The notes under the pieces were generated by a model. It was given only the letters and a program-made list of their open reading frames with translations, did not search any database and was not told the origin of the DNA. Of a stretch of 64,000 nt of DNA, positions 57,031 through 64,000 are shown one piece after another. How positions within the stretch are numbered: the stretch's first letter is position 1; each line of letters starts with the position of its first letter. Both the position numbers and the translations under genes were made by a program. Source of the stretch: Candidatus Latescibacterota bacterium (GTDB lineage: Bacteria > Latescibacterota > UBA2968); the NCBI GenBank assembly GCA_965116885.1, contig OZ220741.1, forward strand, positions 3,392,001 through 3,456,000, given 5' to 3'.

Positions 57031-57942
57031 TTATAGCTGCTTTGTCATAACGACATACTCGCGGTTGACACGCCATCCATTGACTTCGTAGAACTTTCGG
57101 GGAACAATGGGAGCAAACATGGATGTCGCTCCTCTTTGCTTGAGAACTCTCGCGGCTTCCCTCAGAAGGCTGGAGCCAATCCCCTGGCGACGATAGTCGG
57201 GAAGCAAAGCGATGTAGCTTATACCTGCGACTCCGCTTGGGCTAATCAACGCATCAATACAACCGATCAACTCGCCATCTACACGCACCAGTAATCGAAC
57301 CCGCTTCGGATTATAATGGCGGTATTGATCGATCCAGTCGGGCCAGACCCACACTTTCTTCCCAAGTCGCTTGACAAACGCCATCATATCTTCCAGCTCT
57401 TCAATGCGGTATTCCAAGATCACATGCTTCAAGGACCGGGGTTGGGGTGCGGCCTCAATGTCCTGAAAATCGGCCTCAACATCGGTTATGATCCTGCCCC
57501 TCTCGAAACCGTGATGCCCAAGAAAGCGAATGGCCTCTGCATGGCAGACGTCGATTCCCTTTACCGTCCCAACCCAGGCATGCGATGTTGCAACATTTAG
57601 ATGCCTGCCCCCCTTCGATTGGACGGATTCAATCATCTCGGATAACAGAGCAGTCCCAATGCCCTGTCGTCGGTATTTATCTCCCACGTAGATCGCGCGA
57701 AGTGCTTCCCCTAATACGCTGGCAAAACCGATGATTTTTCTATCGAGTACTGCAATTTTTGAAAATCCCTTTTCTTTTTTTGGCAGAACAAAGTCCCTGA
57801 ATGGCTCCAACCAGCTTTCGAGTGGGGCAAAGGGCACTGCCTTGTTCCAGCCAGCCTGAATTGTCTCGAGATCATCGGGAACAGGTGTTCTAAAAATTAC
57901 ATCAACAGGCATAACAGGGTGCTTCTGTTTACTCAATTCCAT
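57031..57942 (-). CDS. Tandem two-domain GNAT acetyltransferase
   Basis: Two acetyl-CoA motifs YRRQGIGTALL and YRRQGIGSSLL. Confidence 0.88.
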   Translation of the reverse strand: MELSKQKHPVMPVDVIFRTPVPDDLETIQAGWNKAVPFAPLESWLEPFRDFVLPKKEKGFSKIAVLDRKIIGFASVLGEALRAIYVGDKYRRQGIGTALLSEMIESVQSKGGRHLNVATSHAWVGTVKGIDVCHAEAIRFLGHHGFERGRIITDVEADFQDIEAAPQPRSLKHVILEYRIEELEDMMAFVKRLGKKVWVWPDWIDQYRHYNPKRVRLLVRVDGELIGCIDALISPSGVAGISYIALLPDYRRQGIGSSLLREAARVLKQRGATSMFAPIVPRKFYEVNGWRVNREYVVMTKQL

Positions 57943-58147
57943 GAGACGCCCTTATACTGAGCAGATTGCGCGCATAGCGTTTCCTTTTCTTTTTCTTGAT
58001 CCAAAAGTGCATCCGTTCTTGGGTATAAGGTGAGAAAGAGTCTAAGCCGAAAAGGAGGTGAGGCACTTGTGTAAAATGATGACGGTTCCTCTATGAGGAA
58101 GAGGCATGCGTATGCCACAAACGAGAATCGAACAGAAAAAACAGGTT

Positions 58148-58178
58148 GCGCTATTCGCTTTGAATGGCGTTTTTTTTT
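58148..58178 (+). terminator. Intrinsic terminator-like hairpin 1
   Basis: GCGCTATTC-GCTTT-GAATGGCGT followed by a T-tract. Confidence 0.6.
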
Positions 58179-58182
58179 CGTC

Positions 58183-58216
58183 GGCCACTGCACCAATGGA
58201 TGCTGTGGCCTTTTTT
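58183..58216 (+). terminator. Intrinsic terminator-like hairpin 2
   Basis: GGCCACTGCA...TGCTGTGGCC followed by TTTTTT. Confidence 0.65.
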
Positions 58217-58230
58217 ATTTGGGGGTGCCT

Positions 58231-59193
58231 ATGAATATCCTGAAAGATGGTTGCTGTCCACGGCGACGTTGGGGAAAAACGGAGTTGTCCATCCCGGTAA
58301 TTGCCTTTGGAAGTGATGGCTTTGGCAATCGGTTCGGCCACGTAAGTGATGAAACTGCCATAAGGCTCATGCAACGCGCTGTAGAGTTAGGTGTCAATCA
58401 CTTTGACTGCGCTCGATGCTATGGAGATTCGCTACGCAAAATAGGATTGGCAATTAAGCAAAACGCAATCAAACGAGAGGATTTAATTATCACTGGCCGA
58501 ATATGTTGTCACGGTAGTGGCCAATGGGGTCTCTTTGGAAAAGGAGATCCTGAATATGCATCAGAAGTCGCTGATTATTCGTCAGATCGCGTGCTGCCAG
58601 ATATTGAAGATCAACTCAAACGCCTGGAAATCGACCGCTTCGATGCGCTGCTCGTTCACGGCCCCTGGCCTGTCGAACCATCCCTTGTACCGGGCGGTAT
58701 CCTCGAAGGTCTGGAACAAGCCCGAGATCGCGGTCTGGTAGATTTCATCGGTTATGGCATGCACCACCCTCCCTTTCATTTGAAAGCCATTGAATCGGGG
58801 CGGGTCGATGTCCTTTTGACCTACTCTGATTACAATCTGCTTCGCCAAAATGCAGCGGATGATATTCTGCCAGCGGCAGCAGCGCGTGACATTGGGGTAC
58901 TCAACGCCTGGTCTATTTTCAGAGGATGGCTAACGGGTTTACCCGTTGCGTCGTTTGTCCCTCGAAAGGAATGGAATGAAGATCATCACCGGGCTGAAAA
59001 TATCCGGCTCTGGTGTGAATCGCAAAATGTCGATATGCTCCAACTCTCTCTACAATTTTGCCTGCGGGAAGCTCGAATACACGGCAATCCAATTGGCATG
59101 ATGAACATTGAACAGTTGGAAATGAACGTGGCTGCTGTATTAAAACCACTGCCCGATGAAGTCTTCGACGCTTTCAAACTGGCGCACTTGTGA
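58231..59193 (+). CDS. Aldo/keto reductase
   Basis: RRRWGKTELSIPVIAFG; GVNHFDCARCYG; LKRLEIDRFDALLVH; start reassigned to MNILKDG. Confidence 0.88.
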   Translation: MNILKDGCCPRRRWGKTELSIPVIAFGSDGFGNRFGHVSDETAIRLMQRAVELGVNHFDCARCYGDSLRKIGLAIKQNAIKREDLIITGRICCHGSGQWGLFGKGDPEYASEVADYSSDRVLPDIEDQLKRLEIDRFDALLVHGPWPVEPSLVPGGILEGLEQARDRGLVDFIGYGMHHPPFHLKAIESGRVDVLLTYSDYNLLRQNAADDILPAAAARDIGVLNAWSIFRGWLTGLPVASFVPRKEWNEDHHRAENIRLWCESQNVDMLQLSLQFCLREARIHGNPIGMMNIEQLEMNVAAVLKPLPDEVFDAFKLAHL

Positions 59194-59319
59194 CCATAGG
59201 AGAAATCTCAGCGAGCCCCATGAAGAAATTTGGATGACTTGTGTATCGGTTTCACACACGGGACATCGATTTGATGGCGGCATGGTATTCTAATAGCAGT
59301 CATCGTCTGCACAATATAC

Positions 59320-60039
59320 TCAGATAGCATCAAGCAACCGAGCAACAGCCGTCTTCGGGTCGTCCCAGAAAGGGATACCGTGGGCACCACAGATGGCGTC
59401 AAAGCTCTCTTCGAACAAGCTGTGCAGGCTTTGCTTTAACCCTTCGGGGTCTTCATGGCGCTCGATGTAATTGGGTCGCGCTCCGAAATACAAACCCGAT
59501 AAGTAGCGGTAGTGGTCAGGCTGCGTCAAACTCTGTTCGACTTGACCGTTTAGGATGTCGCCTGTGAACAGCAACCGTTGACCGTTGGATGCGTGCCATA
59601 GTAGTGCGTGATCACCACCCCACGCACCCCGGAGTTTAATTGGCCTTAGACCACCGGGCAGGGTCTGGTTTGCTTCATAAAAATGGTCTGGCTTGCCCTC
59701 ATAGGCTATCCCGCGCCTCGATGGACCTACCACTGGTGCCCACACAGGGATACCCCATCGCTCGCGTATCATATAGCAAGCACGTTCGTGTCCGTCGCTG
59801 GTGAGCACAGAGGCTATTGGTATATCGCTGATCAAATCACACAAGTGCTCCTTGGCTTGTGCTTCTGGCTCCTCTGGATCAATCAGCACCCAGCCTTCTT
59901 CAGTACACAACGCATAAGACTCAAAGGGACTATAAGAAGCCAAGAGGATAGACCATCGCACCAGGAACGGCTCGGTCTCTGTCCCGAGTTCGATCACCAC
60001 GCGCGATTTTCTGTTCGGTTGGTTCTCCTGTTTTACCAT
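59320..60039 (-). CDS. Metallo-beta-lactamase fold protein (divergent metal motif)
   Basis: VLIDP; LTSDGHER; LFTGD; ICGAHG. Confidence 0.7.
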   Translation of the reverse strand: MVKQENQPNRKSRVVIELGTETEPFLVRWSILLASYSPFESYALCTEEGWVLIDPEEPEAQAKEHLCDLISDIPIASVLTSDGHERACYMIRERWGIPVWAPVVGPSRRGIAYEGKPDHFYEANQTLPGGLRPIKLRGAWGGDHALLWHASNGQRLLFTGDILNGQVEQSLTQPDHYRYLSGLYFGARPNYIERHEDPEGLKQSLHSLFEESFDAICGAHGIPFWDDPKTAVARLLDAI

Positions 60040-60074
60040 CAACATATCCTTTAGAAACAATTAGGGAGCAACAC

Positions 60075-61802
60075 ATGACCCAAGCAAGCAAATGGCGGAT
60101 AGAATTAGCTCGAAAAATCACCCCTATCTATGCTAATAACCCAAAAGTAAAAGCCGTCATAGTCGGCGGCTCTGTCAGTTATGGGGTGGCAGATCGGTAT
60201 TCCGATGTCGAAATTGGTGTCTTCTGGTCTGAACCACCGTCAGAAGATGAGCGGAAAGCCGCTGCTAACCTGATCGGCGTATATCGTGTTATTAAGCCGT
60301 TTTCTGAAAATGCTGAAGATCCTGATGCAGGGGCTAATGAAGACATTTACATTGCCGGTAACCGAGAAACAGGCTTCCAGGTCGATATCAAGCACAGATT
60401 AGCAGATGCAATAGAAAAAAATCTGAACAATCCTGAGAGTGATGCAGGCCACGTCATCCAAAATGCCATCCCATTATATGGGCATGCCCTGATTAAGCAA
60501 TGGAAAGCTGGTATTGTCCCTTACCCGAAGGAATTGAAAAAAAAGGAAATAGAAAATCGCTTTGGGAAATTAGGACCTTGGTGGCTGTGGGAAAAACTGG
60601 TTCAGGAAGATGAGAGAGTACTCATTTGCTTGAAATTCAACGGCATCTTGGAAGATATTACTGTGACGCTAAGATGGCTTAATAACGCTCACGACATTAA
60701 CTACATCAAATGGCCAGAACGCGCCATCCAAGAATTCCAGATTGTGCCCCGTGATTACTGGGCTCGATACCAGCTTATCTGTCGAGAATCTCCAAAAATT
60801 GGGATTCAGCAGCTTCGTTTACTCGTTGAGGAAACGCTTGATCTTGTGGAAACATACCTGCCGGAGATAGAAGTGGCAAGCATCAAAGAAAAAACTTTCA
60901 ACCAAAGACCCAAATGGGTTATAAGATCGGCAGTCAAAAAAAGTGAATTAAGCCTCTGGCAACATGATCTGCTAAACACTCTGACCCGAACTTACACCTC
61001 TATTCACAAAGTAAAGGCTATATTGTTAAGTGGAGCCATCTCTCAAAAGACTGAGGAGGACATCGAAATCACCATCTTCTGGTCCGAATCACCGTCGGAT
61101 GAGGATCGAAAGATCGCCAGTGGAGGAAGGCTCCAAAACCTTCATCCGTATGATGCAGAAAAGCAAATGAGGGAAGACAAATATAGGTTCAAGGGCGTCA
61201 ACATTCTCATCAGACACTACACGCTTGAAAGCGTGCAAAACATACTTATCAGTGTGATTGATCAATATGACCCTGCCCACTTTAAACAGACCGTAATTGC
61301 AACCCTCCAGCATGGCATACCATTGTATGGCGACGCAATTATACAAAAATGGCAAAACAAAGCGAGAGCCTATTCCAGAGAACTCGCACAAAATCGAGTG
61401 CGTCTGATCCTTTCAGAAATACCTTGGCAATGGTGCAACCGTATAGAAATTTATGCCCATCGCCAAGCTTTACCATTTTTCTCCTACCTATTATACTATC
61501 ACGCAATACATATGCTTCGTATATTGACGGCTTTGAATCGGATCTATATTCCTGGCGACTTGAACCGAATGAACCCATTCATAGAAAAATTTCAAATTGC
61601 CCCACCTGATTTCTCTGCTCGCTTAAAATCTATGTTCTTTTCGGAACCGATAACAGGTGTCAAACAACTCAATGGTCTGATAGAACACCTGTTTACCTGT
61701 ATCGAGTCCTATATGCCAGAAGTGGATACCACAGAAGCCCGAAATGGATACAAAAAAGAGCGACGAAAAGCTTGGGATCATCCCCCAGAAGGGGTATTGT
61801 AA
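60075..61802 (+). CDS. Tandem-duplicated Pol-beta-type nucleotidyltransferase plus helical domain protein (DUF4037/KNTase-like)
   Basis: GGSVSYGVADRYSDVE in first half; the two halves share FWSE.PS.., IPLYG...WQ/K, FQI.P.D, E.Y.PE. Confidence 0.75.
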   Translation: MTQASKWRIELARKITPIYANNPKVKAVIVGGSVSYGVADRYSDVEIGVFWSEPPSEDERKAAANLIGVYRVIKPFSENAEDPDAGANEDIYIAGNRETGFQVDIKHRLADAIEKNLNNPESDAGHVIQNAIPLYGHALIKQWKAGIVPYPKELKKKEIENRFGKLGPWWLWEKLVQEDERVLICLKFNGILEDITVTLRWLNNAHDINYIKWPERAIQEFQIVPRDYWARYQLICRESPKIGIQQLRLLVEETLDLVETYLPEIEVASIKEKTFNQRPKWVIRSAVKKSELSLWQHDLLNTLTRTYTSIHKVKAILLSGAISQKTEEDIEITIFWSESPSDEDRKIASGGRLQNLHPYDAEKQMREDKYRFKGVNILIRHYTLESVQNILISVIDQYDPAHFKQTVIATLQHGIPLYGDAIIQKWQNKARAYSRELAQNRVRLILSEIPWQWCNRIEIYAHRQALPFFSYLLYYHAIHMLRILTALNRIYIPGDLNRMNPFIEKFQIAPPDFSARLKSMFFSEPITGVKQLNGLIEHLFTCIESYMPEVDTTEARNGYKKERRKAWDHPPEGVL

Positions 61803-61838
61803 AATTCGTATCGTCACCCGCAAAGCGGGTTGCCTCGT

Positions 61839-64000
61839 TTACTCACGCTTCAACACTTCCACGGGATTTGTCATGGCAGCTTTAAATACCTGATAGCTCG
61901 TAGTACCGAGCGCAACAGCCCATATGAGCACGCCACTTGCGAAAAATGTCCATATATCCATGTCAATACGATAGGCAAATTCTGCTAACCAATAGGATAC
62001 CAATTGATAGGACACGGGATACGCAATCACATTGGCCAGCAATACCCATTTCAGAAAGTTCCAGGATAACAGTTGTACAAGATGGGCAACTGATGCACCC
62101 AAGACCTTGCGAATACCCACTTCTCTTGTGCGCTGTTCGGTGTCAAAAGAGGCCAGCCCAAACAGACCCAAACAGGCCAGGAAAATGGCCAAACCCGCAA
62201 AGACATTGGTCACACGCCACACGCGCCAATCGTGTTGATAATGCCAGTTTAAACGATCATTGAGCATTTCCCAGAAAAAGGGTCGATCTGGAATGAATTG
62301 CTTCCAGGTTTTTTCTAAAAAGGGGAGGGTTTCCGGGATATCTTCTGGTCGAATTCTCAGAGACAATCGGTTCCACTTGTCCTGCCACATGCAAAACATA
62401 ACCGGACCAACTTTGTCGTGTAATGAGCGGTCGTGAAAATCTCTTACGACACCCACGACTTTTCCCTTTCTTTTTCCCCAGCCAAATGTTTTGCCTACTG
62501 GGTCTGACCAGCCCAATTCTTTGACTGCTGATTCATTCAGTACAAAGGCTTCCAATTTGTCACTTTCAATTGCACCAGATAAAAATCGGCCTGTTACAAG
62601 CTCAATACCGTAAGTGTCTGCAAAGTCCTCATCCACGGGCAGGACGTGGATGCGCCAGTCTTCATTTTTCCACCCCTCTGGATAGACCCGCTCAGGTGAC
62701 CAACCGTCGCCTGGCATTGAATTTGCCGCTGAGGCTTTTAATACGTTGGGATGTGCCAGGAAGGCCTGTTTCACTACGTTATAGCGCTGAGTCAGAGGGT
62801 TATCGAGATTGGTTCGAGAGCCCCGGTCAACGCCAAATATTGGCAGCACAACGATATGATCGCGCTCAAAACCCAGGTCTTTCTGATTTATAAATTGCAA
62901 CTGGCGAGAGATAAAGAGCGTGCATACAATTAAAATCGTACAGATTGAAAACTGTATCACCACCAACCCTTTGCGCAGTGTGGTCTTGCTGGTCGCGCGT
63001 TGACCTTTTAAAACATCAATGGGATGGAAGGCAGATAAAAATAGGGCGGGATAAGCACCTGCCAATAGACCAATGACGCTGGTAAAAACAATGAGCACCA
63101 GGCCCGTTTTGAGATCCCAGAAAACGGAGAGGGAACGCGACATAAAGTTGCCAAATGTGGGCAGCACCAATGCGACACATCCGATTGCAATGGCAAGGGA
63201 CAAAAATGATAGGAGGGTAGATTCGGACAAAAATTGGTGCATCAGTTGCCAGCGTTGTGCCCCTACAACTTTTCGCAATCCCACTTCTTTGACGCGGCCT
63301 GTATAGCGTGCGGTGCTCAAGTTCATAAAATTGAAGCACGCAATAAGCACAACAAAACCGCCCACAGATAGGAGCAAATAGAGCTGTGAAATGTCACCGC
63401 GCCATAAAAATCCGAAATCTCGTTTGGAATAGAGATGGATACGTTTTAAGGGTTGTAGATGATAGTCGTTGGTTGCACGGATTTCTTTCCCCATATATCG
63501 CGCCAGCAAATCTGGAAACTTTTGAGATAGTTGTTCTGGTTCGGTGCCTTCTTTTAACAACACGAAATTTTGAACTGTTCGCCACTCGCCTGTTCTCCAT
63601 TCTTCCCAGGGTATCAAAGTCCATCGTTTTGGCGTTGGGGTGGTGGTCAAAAAATCCATCTGCAAAGTACCATAAGGTGGCAAATCAGCCATAATTCCAG
63701 TGACCGTATATGTGCCACCCAGGAACGCATGTTCTGCAATCACGGTTTGGCCTATGGGATCTGTGCGGCCAAAAAATTTACGGGCAGCAGATTCGGAAAT
63801 GATGAGTGAAGATGGGTTTTGAAATACGGTTTTTGGATCCCCTTTCACCATTGGCAAATCAAATACCGTGAGAATTTCTGGGTCGGCCAGGGAAAATTTT
63901 TCGCTGAATACCCGATTGCCCACTTTGACCCATACACCGTCTCCCTGCCAGACGCGAACGGCTTGTTCAACTTCGGGAAAGTCATTCTTGAGCGCACTTG
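61839..64000 (-). CDS. ABC transporter permease (MacB-PCD/FtsX), 5' end beyond window
   Basis: IACFNFMNLSTAR; RVKEVGLRKVVGA; RTREVGIRKVLGAS; NPVEVLKRE. Confidence 0.93.
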   Translation of the reverse strand, partial: SALKNDFPEVEQAVRVWQGDGVWVKVGNRVFSEKFSLADPEILTVFDLPMVKGDPKTVFQNPSSLIISESAARKFFGRTDPIGQTVIAEHAFLGGTYTVTGIMADLPPYGTLQMDFLTTTPTPKRWTLIPWEEWRTGEWRTVQNFVLLKEGTEPEQLSQKFPDLLARYMGKEIRATNDYHLQPLKRIHLYSKRDFGFLWRGDISQLYLLLSVGGFVVLIACFNFMNLSTARYTGRVKEVGLRKVVGAQRWQLMHQFLSESTLLSFLSLAIAIGCVALVLPTFGNFMSRSLSVFWDLKTGLVLIVFTSVIGLLAGAYPALFLSAFHPIDVLKGQRATSKTTLRKGLVVIQFSICTILIVCTLFISRQLQFINQKDLGFERDHIVVLPIFGVDRGSRTNLDNPLTQRYNVVKQAFLAHPNVLKASAANSMPGDGWSPERVYPEGWKNEDWRIHVLPVDEDFADTYGIELVTGRFLSGAIESDKLEAFVLNESAVKELGWSDPVGKTFGWGKRKGKVVGVVRDFHDRSLHDKVGPVMFCMWQDKWNRLSLRIRPEDIPETLPFLEKTWKQFIPDRPFFWEMLNDRLNWHYQHDWRVWRVTNVFAGLAIFLACLGLFGLASFDTEQRTREVGIRKVLGASVAHLVQLLSWNFLKWVLLANVIAYPVSYQLVSYWLAEFAYRIDMDIWTFFASGVLIWAVALGTTSYQVFKAAMTNPVEVLKRE

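Noticed and set aside
58094..58120. UGA followed by a hairpin as a possible selenocysteine insertion signal
   Set aside because: The loop is only 11 nt from the UGA, there is no redox motif, and the peptide is not a recognisable selenoprotein
59198..59210. 13-mer AGGAGAAATCTCA shared with the spacer near 20388-20400
   Set aside because: Includes an SD sequence; a match this short is expected by chance
61816..61830. ACCCGC-AAA-GCGGGT hairpin between convergent genes
   Set aside because: Short stem without an adjacent U-tract; too weak to call a terminator
1..64000. Integron attC sites, CRISPR repeats, tRNA/rRNA, IS elements
   Set aside because: Spacers are mostly too short and share no RYYYAAC...GTTRRRY or direct-repeat pattern; no transposase, integrase or cas motifs seen

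Overview
Gene-dense bacterial accessory-type region with about 70 CDS/remnants. I found no rRNA, tRNA, CRISPR array, transposase or integrase. About 66 of 73 genes lie on the minus strand, in long tightly packed runs of functionally unrelated genes. These include GNAT acetyltransferases, SAM methyltransferases, VOC, NUDIX, HIT, HAD and serine hydrolases, four PhyH dioxygenases, four sulfatases, a GH29 fucosidase, PhoD, MsrP, DUF1552/DUF1592 and two MacB/FtsX-type permeases. The runs are interrupted by divergent promoter regions that usually carry only 1-2 plus-strand genes. Three type II toxin-antitoxin modules are present, each with a palindromic operator. The gene content suggests a Latescibacterota/Poribacteria-like heterotroph (inference only). 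Most notable: (i) recurrent 'hollowed-out' mini-genes in which the start and end of a recognisable gene are joined after loss of the middle, the clearest being a 44-aa AAC(3) remnant; (ii) a self-contained two-gene unit, DUF2188 plus an NDT/TIR-like N-glycosidase, as a candidate defence/TA module; (iii) a tandem-duplicated nucleotidyltransferase; (iv) a lipid-anchored MsrP with a Pro/Gln tether and no msrQ; (v) a structured uORF/double-terminator leader at 58.05-58.23 kb. All family calls come from motif recognition by eye, not database searches.
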